Shown: piece after piece, positions 20,218 to 29,211 of the stretch
Numbering within the stretch: position 1 is the first letter of the stretch
Layout of the letters: every line of letters begins with the position of its first letter
From: Parachlamydiales bacterium
Lineage (GTDB): Bacteria; Chlamydiota; Chlamydiia; Chlamydiales; Parachlamydiaceae
Length of the DNA stretch: 41,419 bases
Reading direction: 5' to 3'
Assembly: GCA_020051075.1 (NCBI GenBank)
Contig: JAGVJP010000083.1
Coordinates: 1 to 41,419, forward strand
Made by a program: the position numbers and the translations under genes
The notes under the pieces: generated by a model
Databases searched by the model: none
What the model was told of the DNA's origin: nothing
The model's input: only the letters and a program-made list of their open reading frames with translations

Positions 20218-22014
20218 ATGAGTAGTCAACAAGAAGATCTCCAAAATTCTTACCAAGTAAATGTCATGAGCGATGCTGAAAACCAAAAAATGCCCGAACA
20301 ATCAGATGAAGGCTTGTTTTTTGGCAGTCAAGAAAATGAGCAACTTTCCAGCCAAAGTCAGGAAAGTTTTGAACCCTTCTTCGAGCAAAATCAAGAAGAA
20401 GGCACTGCCCACAAATCAGGGGAAGACATTATCTCAGATAAAGATCACAAAGAGTCGTTTTCAGCTCAATTTGTAGCCTTTAAAGTTACGTTTGATGAAC
20501 AACCCTCTTTAGAAGCTAAACTGCAGCTTGCTATCGATTTTATGGAAGCATCGCTTGCGATGGGAAATACGCCTCATTTCCGTAGTTTTTGGGAGGTTCG
20601 ACGCCTCTGCCTGCCTCTCTTTAGAGAAAATATTTCTTCTGCTCTTCGCGGACAACTTTGGGCGAAATATAGTGAGCTCTCCAAAGAAGCTCGTCGCCTT
20701 AAAGACATCCTGGATGAGCAGAGCGCTTTTGCTGTTGAACAGATTGAGATTGCTGTTAAAGGACTAGAAAATGATATTGCCCAATTCGATACCCTTGTCG
20801 AAAGAGCTGTTATTTCTGAGGATATTGTCCTCCCTCAATCTCTGAAAGAGAATCAGGCAACATATTTTCATCTGCAAAAGCAGCTTAATATCTTAAATTT
20901 GCTCGCCTCGCGGATCAATGCCTTGCGCAAAGAGCTGCTGAAAACAGAAATGCGTGTCAAATTTAAAAATAAATTCTTCCATCGATTGTCGATAGCTGGA
21001 GATCATGTATTTCCCAAGCGCAAAGAGCTCATCAAAGAAATCAGCCAACAGTTTATTCAAGATGTCGATTGCTTCTGCAACCAGCATTTTGGGAGCAGCG
21101 GTTCACGTGAATCGTTTCACCTCTTAAGGGATGAAATCAAGGCTCTGCAGGCAATTGCAAAGGTATTGACCCTCAACACCCATTCGTTTACTCTCACACG
21201 GACAAAACTCAGCAGCGGCTGGGATCAGATCAAAGTAGAGGAAAAAGAGCGGAAGAAAGAGCGGGTCCAACAGAAAGCGGTCTACCAGCAGAATGCAGAC
21301 GAGGTGATGCAGCAGATTCAATCTCTTAAGGAGCTGTTGTCAAAGAATGAAATCACTCCGGTGGATGCATTGAATCAATGTGAAAACATTAGCCGGGCGA
21401 TGCGCAAGGTTGAGCTTGGCCGCGATGAAGTTAAAGCATTGCGCGACGCTTTAACCGAGATAAAAGATAGCGTCAATCAACTGCTGAATGCCAGCCAGCA
21501 TGCCCGAGCTCAAGAAGAGAAGGCGCGCCTTCAGGAAAAGAGAGCGAAGGTTAATGCCTTCAAAGAAATGATTGAAGAACTCCTGGGTCATGTTGCTCAA
21601 CGAAATGCTGAAGAATTAGTTGCTAGGCGCGAGGCAATAACATCTGAAATTCACGACTCTTCTTTGACAAAAAGCGAGAAGATGGAACTTGAACGGTTGC
21701 TCAAACCTTTGAAAGACATCATTGCAGAGAAACATGAAGAGGCCCTCTTGGAGTTGTCTGAAGATGATCGACAGTCGTTACAGCAGTTGAAAACGATTTT
21801 GCAGCAACGTAAAGAAAGACGGCAAGAGATAAAGAATCAACTTGAAATTTTTAGAAAAGCTGCCGGTAGCTCCGGACTCGACTTTGAAAAGGCGATGAGT
21901 TATACCGCTCTGATTAATGAAGAGAAAGAAAGGCTCGATAAAATCAATCAAGGGATCGCTGAAATTGAAGAAAAAATTTTTCAACTTCAGTTAAAAATCC
22001 GGAGCAGTAAATGA
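20218..22014 (+). CDS. Conserved chlamydial coiled-coil protein (CT768-like by synteny)
   Basis: ~600-aa E/K/Q/L-rich helical ORF between miaA and rsfS; start uncertain (20137/20218/20266). Confidence 0.7.
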   Translation: MSSQQEDLQNSYQVNVMSDAENQKMPEQSDEGLFFGSQENEQLSSQSQESFEPFFEQNQEEGTAHKSGEDIISDKDHKESFSAQFVAFKVTFDEQPSLEAKLQLAIDFMEASLAMGNTPHFRSFWEVRRLCLPLFRENISSALRGQLWAKYSELSKEARRLKDILDEQSAFAVEQIEIAVKGLENDIAQFDTLVERAVISEDIVLPQSLKENQATYFHLQKQLNILNLLASRINALRKELLKTEMRVKFKNKFFHRLSIAGDHVFPKRKELIKEISQQFIQDVDCFCNQHFGSSGSRESFHLLRDEIKALQAIAKVLTLNTHSFTLTRTKLSSGWDQIKVEEKERKKERVQQKAVYQQNADEVMQQIQSLKELLSKNEITPVDALNQCENISRAMRKVELGRDEVKALRDALTEIKDSVNQLLNASQHARAQEEKARLQEKRAKVNAFKEMIEELLGHVAQRNAEELVARREAITSEIHDSSLTKSEKMELERLLKPLKDIIAEKHEEALLELSEDDRQSLQQLKTILQQRKERRQEIKNQLEIFRKAAGSSGLDFEKAMSYTALINEEKERLDKINQGIAEIEEKIFQLQLKIRSSK

Positions 22015-22030
22015 GGCGGCAATTCCCTTA

Positions 22031-22114
22031 AACCACAGAGACACAGAGGGCACGGAGAAAGAGAATTGATTGTTCTCCATGTTTACTCTCTGTGTTCTCT
22101 GTGTCTCTGTGGTT
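22031..22114. repeat. CACAGAG-family palindrome with 9-bp-period arms
   Basis: aaccacagagacacagagggcacggaga / tctctgtgttctctgtgtctctgtggtt, 28-bp arms with 3 G-T mismatches. Confidence 0.92.
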
Positions 22115-22155
22115 CTATATTTTCACACTGTCGCGATTTAACTTATGTGACAATC

Positions 22156-22824
22156 ATGAACATCACCATATTTGATCTCGACCACACCTTGTTGAAGAGG
22201 AATAGCAGTTATTTTTTTGGTTTTTATCTTTACCATCAGCGATTTATTTCATCGATTAAACTGATTGCTGCTTTAGCTGACTATGTGAGGCATAAGTATT
22301 TTGGACTCTCGATTCACAAACTTCATGAAAAATCATTTGACCGTCTGTTCAAAGGGCGTTCACTCCCTCTCATTGAACAGCATGTTAAAACATTCCTCGA
22401 TCAGCAGCTTAACCAGCTTATCTCACCCATTGTTTTAGACCGGTTGAAAAAAGCGCAACGCTCCGGCGATACGATTCTGATATTATCCAGCTCTCCTGAT
22501 TTCCTGGTCTCCGCTATTGCAGAGAGGTTTTCGATTGATCAATGGCATGCGACGCGCTACCTGACAGATGAAAAAAAACAGTTTACCTCCATTGGAAACA
22601 TCCTCGATGGTGAAGGCAAAATCCAGATTGTCCATGAGTTGATTAAAAAACATGAATGGCATGTCGATAAAATCACTGTTTTCTCCGATAGCCATTTGGA
22701 TTTACCGATTCTTGAAATGGCCCATCATTCTGTTGGAGTCAACCCCGATCCGATACTTCGGAAAATCTGTTTAGCGAAAGGTTGGGAAATTTTGGAAACC
22801 GCAGAGGCTGCTTGTCATGACTAA
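22156..22824 (+). CDS. HAD-superfamily subfamily IB hydrolase
   Basis: IFDLDHTL, LSSS, K, FSDSHLDLPIL...VNPD motifs. Confidence 0.9.
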   Translation: MNITIFDLDHTLLKRNSSYFFGFYLYHQRFISSIKLIAALADYVRHKYFGLSIHKLHEKSFDRLFKGRSLPLIEQHVKTFLDQQLNQLISPIVLDRLKKAQRSGDTILILSSSPDFLVSAIAERFSIDQWHATRYLTDEKKQFTSIGNILDGEGKIQIVHELIKKHEWHVDKITVFSDSHLDLPILEMAHHSVGVNPDPILRKICLAKGWEILETAEAACHD

Positions 22825-23449
22825 AATTGGCTTGTTAGGAGGGACTTTTGACCCCATTCATTTTGGCCACATTAACCTGGCTTTTGAATTGATGGAGAAG
22901 TGGGGGCTGGACAAAATTTGGTTTATCCCCGCTCGTCATAGTCCCCTGAAGCCGCATTGTAAACCTGCTGCGGAGCATCATCGATTAATGATGCTCAGGC
23001 ATGCCATTCAGGGGATTCCCCAATTTGAAATTCAGACCTGCGAACTGGAACGGACGCCCCCCTCATATACAGTTGATACCATCCGCCAGCTATTAGCACT
23101 GAATGATCATCACCAGTTTTTTTTGCTCCTAGGTGAAGATTTGATCTCGAGTTTCCTCTCTTGGAAAGAGCCTCGCGAGATTGTTCGACTCGTCCCGATC
23201 CTTGTCGGTTCCAGAGCGCTTGGAAGAGAATGCCACATCGATGATCCAATGATCGACGAGGCTTTTTCAGCAGGGTGGACGAAGACCTGCCTGCTCGACA
23301 TCTCCGGAACAGAAATCAGGCACCGCCTCGGTGCAGGGCTCTACTGCGGCCATCTCGTTCCAGCTCCTGTCCTCGATTACATTCACGCACATCATTTATA
23401 CCAACAACTTGATCTCAACAGGATAGGCAAAAGGGACAAAACAGGATAG
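22817..23449 (+). CDS. nadD: Nicotinate-nucleotide adenylyltransferase
   Basis: GGTFDPIHFGH, SYTVDT, LLGED, ISGTEIR; the last ~10 residues are encoded by the repeat. Confidence 0.94.
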   Translation: MTKIGLLGGTFDPIHFGHINLAFELMEKWGLDKIWFIPARHSPLKPHCKPAAEHHRLMMLRHAIQGIPQFEIQTCELERTPPSYTVDTIRQLLALNDHHQFFLLLGEDLISSFLSWKEPREIVRLVPILVGSRALGRECHIDDPMIDEAFSAGWTKTCLLDISGTEIRHRLGAGLYCGHLVPAPVLDYIHAHHLYQQLDLNRIGKRDKTG

Positions 23450-23681
23450 GCAGGATAAACAAAATAACAGGATATGCAGGATCGCTTCGCGGCAGGATAG
23501 GCAGGATAAGAAAGATAGGACGGGAAAAATAAATTTAGAATAAAAAATTAACATATTTACACCTATCCTATTTACACTTATCCTATTTTTTCATTATTAT
23601 CTTCCCTATCCTGCCTATCCTGCCTATCCTGCCGCTTGCGATCCTGCCTATCCTGTTCTGTCCCTTTTTGCTGATCCTGTT
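23417..23681. repeat. CAGGATAGG-family palindromic element, copy 5 (overlaps the nadD 3' end)
   Basis: Cores GATCGCTTCGCGGCAGG / CCTGCCGCTTGCGATC; spacer very similar to that of copy 8. Confidence 0.93.
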
Positions 23682-23784
23682 TCCCTGAATGGGCATGGGA
23701 GGTTGTGAAGAATCGGGTTGCTTTTCTTCTGTAAATGTGTTAAATTTTTTCCTTTTCCACCCTAACGGATTGTTTGTTATTAAA

Positions 23785-24174
23785 ATGAAAAAACATAACT
23801 CAGAGATATTAACTGCGGTTGCTCAAGCCATCTACGATAAAAAAGGATTTAATATCATCGTTCTGGATGTCAAAGGTGTCAGCTCGATGACCGACTATTA
23901 TATCGTTGCAGAAGGTTCAGTCGAAAGGCATGTTAAGGCGATTAGCCAAAATATCCTCGATCAGCTTGCAGCACATGGACAAACCCCTATTCACATCGAT
24001 GGACAGCAAGAGGGGGACTGGATGGTCCTCGACTACACTGACTTCGTGATCCACTTATTCATTCCCGAACTGCGCGAACGGTATGCCATCGAACAGCTAT
24101 GGAAAGAGGCGAAAATTGTCGATGTCCCCATCGATACCAGCCATCCTTTAGAAACAAAACATCATATTGTCTAG
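23785..24174 (+). CDS. rsfS: Ribosome silencing factor RsfS (YbeB/Iojap)
   Basis: DKKG.NI.VLDV, TDYYIVA, WMVLDY.D.VIHLF, R.RY.IE.LW. Confidence 0.94.
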   Translation: MKKHNSEILTAVAQAIYDKKGFNIIVLDVKGVSSMTDYYIVAEGSVERHVKAISQNILDQLAAHGQTPIHIDGQQEGDWMVLDYTDFVIHLFIPELRERYAIEQLWKEAKIVDVPIDTSHPLETKHHIV

Positions 24175-24185
24175 GAAACATAGTT

Positions 24186-25433
24186 ATGAAAAAGAAAAGA
24201 ATTGTCATCACAGGGATGGGAGTCGTTTCTTGCTTTGGAAATGACGTCGACAAGTTCTATCAAAATCTTCTGGAAGGACGAAGCGGCGCGCGCGCTATCA
24301 CAGAATTTCCTTGCGAAGACTTCCCCACACGGTTTGCTGCGAGTATCACAGGATTCGATCCTGGCGAATACATGGACAAAAAACAAGCCCGCCGTGTTGA
24401 CAAAGCGATCGCCTATACTGTCGTGTCGGGAAAAAAAGCTCTCGAGCATGCTGGGTTGACCGGAGATGTATTTGAAAAACTTAAGAAAGAACGGTGCGGC
24501 ATCCTCATCGGCTCGGGCATGGGAGGGATGTCTGTCTTCACTGATGGAGTTCAAACTCTCTTAGAGAAAGGTCAGAGGCGAGTGTCTCCTTTTTTTGTCC
24601 CTTATATTTTAACAAATATGTGCGGGGCGATCTTAGGAATGGATCTCGGTTTCATGGGACCCAATTACTCTATCTCAACCGCATGTGCAACGGCTAACTA
24701 TTCCATCATCTCAGCTGCCAGGCACATTCAAGAGGGGGATGCCGACCTCATGCTCGCTGGAGGCGTTGAAGCGGCAATCATCCCGATGGGGATGGCCGGT
24801 TTCTGCTCTTGCAAGGCGCTGTCCCAACGGAATGATGAGCCGCAGAAGGCATCGCGTCCCTGGGACCGTGGACGCGACGGATTTGTCATGGGAGAGGGTG
24901 CCGGAGTTCTGGTGTTAGAGACTTTAGAACATGCTCAGGCTCGAGGGGCGACGATTCTCGCTGAATATCTCGGTGGAGGACTCTCTTGCGATGCCTACCA
25001 TCTCACAGAACCCCGTCCTGATGGAGAGGGGATTGCCCTCTGCATTCAGCATGCCTTGGCAGATACTAGTTTAAAACCTGAGCAGATCAACTACATCAAT
25101 GCACATGCAACGTCAACACCTGTTGGGGATATGGCGGAAATTCGGGCGTTGAAGAAAATCTTTAGTGACCCTTCGAAGATCTACATGAACTCGACCAAGT
25201 CGATGATCGGCCATCTGCTCGGCGGCGCTGGCGCTGTAGAAGCCATCGCGACTGTACAGGCAATTTTGCAGCATGTTGTCCACCCTACGATCAACTTAGA
25301 AGACCCCGAGCCAGACCTCGATTTCCATGTCTCCACGCAGGCTGAGAGCTTGAAGATCACATATGCGATGTCCAATTCATTTGGTTTTGGCGGACATAAT
25401 GCCTCAATCATTCTTGCTCCTTATCAACCCTGA
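24186..25433 (+). CDS. fabF: Beta-ketoacyl-ACP synthase II
   Basis: STACAT, NAHATST, KSMIGHLLG, NSFGFGGHN (Cys-His-His triad). Confidence 0.97.
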   Translation: MKKKRIVITGMGVVSCFGNDVDKFYQNLLEGRSGARAITEFPCEDFPTRFAASITGFDPGEYMDKKQARRVDKAIAYTVVSGKKALEHAGLTGDVFEKLKKERCGILIGSGMGGMSVFTDGVQTLLEKGQRRVSPFFVPYILTNMCGAILGMDLGFMGPNYSISTACATANYSIISAARHIQEGDADLMLAGGVEAAIIPMGMAGFCSCKALSQRNDEPQKASRPWDRGRDGFVMGEGAGVLVLETLEHAQARGATILAEYLGGGLSCDAYHLTEPRPDGEGIALCIQHALADTSLKPEQINYINAHATSTPVGDMAEIRALKKIFSDPSKIYMNSTKSMIGHLLGGAGAVEAIATVQAILQHVVHPTINLEDPEPDLDFHVSTQAESLKITYAMSNSFGFGGHNASIILAPYQP

Positions 25434-25442
25434 GGACGCTCA

Positions 25443-25862
25443 ATGATCGATGAACGCTCATATGGAATCATCCCTCTCCAATGTCAAGGGGGAGAGTGGA
25501 GAGTGTTGTTAATTCAACATCACGCGGGTCATTGGTCTTTTCCGAAAGGGCACCTTGAGCAGGGAGAACTTCCCCTGCAAGCGGCAGAGAGAGAACTCTT
25601 AGAAGAAACAGGATTGGCTGTGCAGTCTCTGTTGTCTGTTGAGTCATTTTCAGAAAAATATAAGTTCTCTCGAAAGGGGGCTCTCGTGCGGAAGACTGCC
25701 GAATATTTTCCAGCCCTTGTCACAGGGGTCGTCTTGATCCAATCAAGCGAGATCAAAAACTCCCAGTGGCTCCCCTTAGAGAAAGCGTCGGAGCTGATCA
25801 CTTTTCAAGAGGGAAAGGAGATCAGCAGGCGCGTCATCGAATTTATCAAACACCTTGCATAA
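25443..25862 (+). CDS. Nudix hydrolase (asymmetric Ap4A hydrolase-like)
   Basis: HWSFPKGH plus Nudix box GHLEQGELPLQAAERELLEETGL. Confidence 0.92.
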   Translation: MIDERSYGIIPLQCQGGEWRVLLIQHHAGHWSFPKGHLEQGELPLQAAERELLEETGLAVQSLLSVESFSEKYKFSRKGALVRKTAEYFPALVTGVVLIQSSEIKNSQWLPLEKASELITFQEGKEISRRVIEFIKHLA

Positions 25863-25886
25863 ACAGCCTTACTAAACCTCCTGCTT

Positions 25887-25990
25887 ACATGATAAGCAGG
25901 ATAGGCACAATTGCAACTTCCCAGCAAAAAAAACAGGATAGGCAAGATCGCTTCGCGGCAAGATAGGCAGGATGGGAAGGAGGGTAGGGG
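25887..25990 (+). repeat. CAGGATAGG-family left arm only (copy 6)
   Basis: aacaggataggcaaGATCGCTTCGCGGCaagataggcaggatgggaagg with no adjacent right arm. Confidence 0.88.
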
Positions 25991-26032
25991 AATGGTTCCG
26001 GGTAGTATTGCTATTTTTATTAGTATTTTTAT

Positions 26033-26061
26033 TTGTTTATAAATAATTGTTTTGTTACAAT
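26033..26061 (+). promoter_or_regulatory. Sigma70-type promoter of array unit 1
   Basis: TTGTTT-N17-TACAAT, conserved in three units at an identical distance from the ATG. Confidence 0.75.
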
Positions 26062-26202
26062 CACGAATGATTAATTTTTACTGAATATGATGCAGTTAGA
26101 ATGGTGAAGAATCGGAGCATCGATTGTTGTATATCGCTTTCAGTATTATGAAAACGTGTTTTTATATAATTAATGATAAATGAATTCAAATAGGAGAATT
26201 TT

Positions 26203-26622
26203 ATGTCTATTCCAGGAGTTGGGGCGTCGATAGCAGGGCAAGTGGCTCAAGAAGCAACTGTATCTCTGTGCGGCCGTTTTGTCAACCTCTTCCAAAATCG
26301 TTTTGCAGCAGTGTCTGCGTTGACAATTTCGTCGATTGTTGGAATCACTATTGGTTTTTTCTGCGGTTCTATGCTATTGTGTGCATCCAAATCTTTAACG
26401 AAAAAAATGTTTCCAAGAATGGAAGAACGTGAACGTTGTAGAAAAGCTGTTCGCTTGATTGTCTGGGCAGCAGCCTTCGTTACATTGAACGTTATCGTTT
26501 CAAAGTGTTTAAAACTTCCCCTTTCACGTCTTGCATCAGCAGGAATTTCGATAGGAGGTGGTTCACTAGGTTTTCTGGGGCTTGAGTTTGTTCTTACTCG
26601 CAAATGGTTTAGTAAATTCTGA
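26203..26622 (+). CDS. Small multi-TM protein, array paralog 1 (Inc-like candidate)
   Basis: AGGAGA RBS; MSIPG start; CGRFVNLF and SKCLKLP motifs; three hydrophobic segments. Confidence 0.82.
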   Translation: MSIPGVGASIAGQVAQEATVSLCGRFVNLFQNRFAAVSALTISSIVGITIGFFCGSMLLCASKSLTKKMFPRMEERERCRKAVRLIVWAAAFVTLNVIVSKCLKLPLSRLASAGISIGGGSLGFLGLEFVLTRKWFSKF

Positions 26623-26753
26623 GTGGGTCGTCAAGCATTCATGATTTTAGTCCAAACGCTTCGCGAGGCCACCAATGAATTCTTGTGACGTGAGCTCGAT
26701 AAAACCATTCTACAATAAAGCGGAAGAGGACTTTCGCATTCCTGAGTAACACA

Positions 26754-26835
26754 CTATCCTGCCCTTATCCTTTCTATCCTCCTCATCCTGTTAATTTTAG
26801 CATGATGGGAAGGATGGTAGGGGAAAAGGGAATGG
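26754..26835. repeat. Back-to-back right-arm and left-arm remnants of the CAGGAT family
   Basis: ctatcctgcccttatcctttctatcctcctcatcctgtta followed by tagcatgatgggaaggatggtagggg...aatgg, the latter matching ~25970-25995. Confidence 0.75.
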
Positions 26836-26872
26836 CTTTGGATAGTATTATTATTTTATAATGTATTTTTAT

Positions 26873-26901
26873 TTGTTTATAAATAACGGTTTTGTTACAA
26901 T
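26873..26901 (+). promoter_or_regulatory. Sigma70-type promoter of array unit 2
   Basis: TTGTTT-N17-TACAAT, exactly 840 bp after the unit 1 promoter. Confidence 0.75.
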
Positions 26902-27042
26902 TGAGTGTAATTAATTTTTACTGAATATGAAACAGCTAGAAGAACGAGAAACCCGAATCTCGCCTGCAGCACATCAATTTCAAATGTAATGCAAAAGTGT
27001 TTTTCATGAATTATTGATATCGAAATCAAATAGGAGAATTTA

Positions 27043-27423
27043 ATGTCTATTCCAGGATCTAGACCGTTAGTAGCACAACTCTCACAACCAGCTGTCGTGT
27101 CGTTATATGGCCGTTTTGCTAATCTTTTCCTTAACCGGGTTGTTGCAGTGGCAGCTATAGCTTTGACGTCCATTGTAGGAGGCTTTTGCGCGCTGGATGG
27201 CACATATGCTCTTCTGGAGAAAACCCCCCTTAAGGGAACCTTCATTCAAACGACCTTCTGTGTTCTGCTGACCGTGGTTAGTGTGACAGCATTAAACATA
27301 TTGCTTACAAAGTGTGTCAATATTCGATTTACACCTCTTGAAATAGTATTCATAGCATCAAGCTCATTTACACTAGCTATTATAGGTGAACCAATATTGT
27401 CCAAATTTCTCAAGCGAAGCTAA
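27043..27423 (+). CDS. Small multi-TM protein, array paralog 2
   Basis: Same RBS and leader; MSIPG; GRFANLF, AVAAIALT, TKCV.I.F.P. Confidence 0.82.
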   Translation: MSIPGSRPLVAQLSQPAVVSLYGRFANLFLNRVVAVAAIALTSIVGGFCALDGTYALLEKTPLKGTFIQTTFCVLLTVVSVTALNILLTKCVNIRFTPLEIVFIASSSFTLAIIGEPILSKFLKRS

Positions 27424-27574
27424 TACTTCCGTCAACATCTCTTGAATCGAGATCATGTCTCATTGATGAAAAAACGTTTCTCGAAGCACAAAAACTGCGA
27501 GCGCGAAGCGTTTGTCCTTTTCCCTTAGGTCACTTTATGTGTTTGAGTATGACTTTCTGTAGATCCATTTTTAT

Positions 27575-27603
27575 TTGTTTATAAATAACTGTTTTGTTAC
27601 AAT
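27575..27603 (+). promoter_or_regulatory. Sigma70-type promoter of array unit 3
   Basis: TTGTTT-N17-TACAAT. Confidence 0.75.
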
Positions 27604-27744
27604 TGCGAACATTGATTTTTACTGAATGTGATGCAGTTTGAATTGTGAAGAATCGCTACATGACGACTCCTGCACATCACTTTCAGACTAATGAAAGCGT
27701 ATTTTTATACATTATTGATAAACGAATTTAAATTGGAGAATTTT

Positions 27745-28176
27745 ATGTCTATTCCAGGAGTAGGGCCATCGATAGCAGGGCAAGTGGTTCAAGAAGTTAC
27801 TGTGTCAATGTGCGACCGTTTTCTCTACCACTTCCAAAATCGTCTTGTCGCAGCGACTGCGTTGACAGTTTCATCGGCTGTAGGAATCGTTGGTGGGTTA
27901 TTTATCGGCTTTTGGTTAAAGGCAGTGTCAAAACCTTTAATAGAAAAAATATTTCCAAGTATTGATGGAAAGTATGGTAGAAAATCATCAGCCGGATATA
28001 AATTTTGCAAAAATGCTGTTCTCTTTATTACCTGGGCAGCAGTCTTCGTTACATTGAACGTTATTGTTTCAAAATGTTTAAAACTTCCGTTTTCACGTCC
28101 CGCATCAGCAGGAATTTCGGTGATGGGTGCTGGACTAGGTTTTGGGGTGTTTTGGTCTATTATTTCTACTAGGTGA
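27745..28176 (+). CDS. Small multi-TM protein, array paralog 3
   Basis: GGAGA RBS before ATG 27745; closest to paralog 1 (FVTLNVIVSKCLKLP.SR.ASAGIS). Confidence 0.82.
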   Translation: MSIPGVGPSIAGQVVQEVTVSMCDRFLYHFQNRLVAATALTVSSAVGIVGGLFIGFWLKAVSKPLIEKIFPSIDGKYGRKSSAGYKFCKNAVLFITWAAVFVTLNVIVSKCLKLPFSRPASAGISVMGAGLGFGVFWSIISTR

Positions 28177-28296
28177 TCTATTGTGATGCAGCCTGTAGGG
28201 CGAAGAATCGCTACATGACTTCTGCACATGACGTTTGGACTAATGAAAACGTATTTACATCAATTATTGATAAATGAATTCAAATAGGAGAATTTT

Positions 28297-28647
28297 ATGT
28301 CTATTTCAGGATTAGTGCCGTTTTCAGGACAAGCCGCAGAAGCAATTGTATTGGTGTGCGGCCGTTTTGTTAACCTCTTCAAAAACCGTATTGCAGCAGT
28401 GGCAGCTATTGCATTGACAACGATTGTAGGAGCTGTTGGCGGGCTTGTGTGTGCCATTCAACTACTTTCGCTCGAAAAGGAGACGATTGATAGGATATTA
28501 CTTATTACGACGATGCTCGGAGTCTCTTTCACATTGAGCGTTTTGGTTTCAAAATGTCTTAAACTTCCATTTTCACCTCTTGCAACAGTAGGGATTCCAG
28601 TAGGAACGGCTGCGATTGTGGTAGGATGGCTTTTTTTGAAGGATTAA
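28297..28647 (+). CDS. Small multi-TM protein, array paralog 4
   Basis: Partial copy of the leader; CGRFVNLF, IAAVAAIALT, SKCLKLPFSPL. Confidence 0.82.
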   Translation: MSISGLVPFSGQAAEAIVLVCGRFVNLFKNRIAAVAAIALTTIVGAVGGLVCAIQLLSLEKETIDRILLITTMLGVSFTLSVLVSKCLKLPFSPLATVGIPVGTAAIVVGWLFLKD

Positions 28648-28860
28648 ATGATTCTAATATGCTTTGCTCAAGCCTGCTAGAACCCATGTATTGAGATTGT
28701 CCTATGTATTTGTGTCATCGACGTGTGGATAACACAGGTCATCACAAAAAGCATAAGAGGACTCTACTTCAAACGCTATTGACTGCTGCACATCATTTTC
28801 AGAATAATGAAAGCGTATTTATATAAATTATTGATAAATGAATTCAAATAGGAGAATTTT

Positions 28861-29211
28861 ATGTCTATTTCAGGAGTAGGTTCGCTAGCAGGACAAGTCG
28901 CTCAAGAAGCTACTGTATCGCTATGCGGACGTTTTGTTAATCTGTTCCAATACCGTATCGCAGCAGTGGCAGCTATAGCATTGACCTCGTTTGGTGGGAT
29001 GATTGTCGGGCTTTTTGCTGGTGCGGCCATATTGGACAAATTAGGGGAAAAGGGCACCCTGATTTTGATTATCGCTACACCAATTATGACCGCATTGAAT
29101 GTTATGGTTGCAAAATGTCTTAAACTTCCGTTTTCACCCCTTGTAACAGCTGGAGTTGCAGCAGGTGCGGGAGTTTTAACTCTTGTCGCATTAGCAATGG
29201 CTTATGACTAA
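28861..29211 (+). CDS. Small multi-TM protein, array paralog 5
   Basis: Partial leader; CGRFVNLF, IAAVAAIALT, AKCLKLPFSPL; stop overlaps the lexA stop. Confidence 0.82.
   Translation: MSISGVGSLAGQVAQEATVSLCGRFVNLFQYRIAAVAAIALTSFGGMIVGLFAGAAILDKLGEKGTLILIIATPIMTALNVMVAKCLKLPFSPLVTAGVAAGAGVLTLVALAMAYD

Noticed and set aside
25887..29211. Classical integron or diversity-generating retroelement for the paralog array
   Set aside because: No integrase or reverse transcriptase in the window, no canonical attC core sites noticed, and divergence is not adenine-specific.
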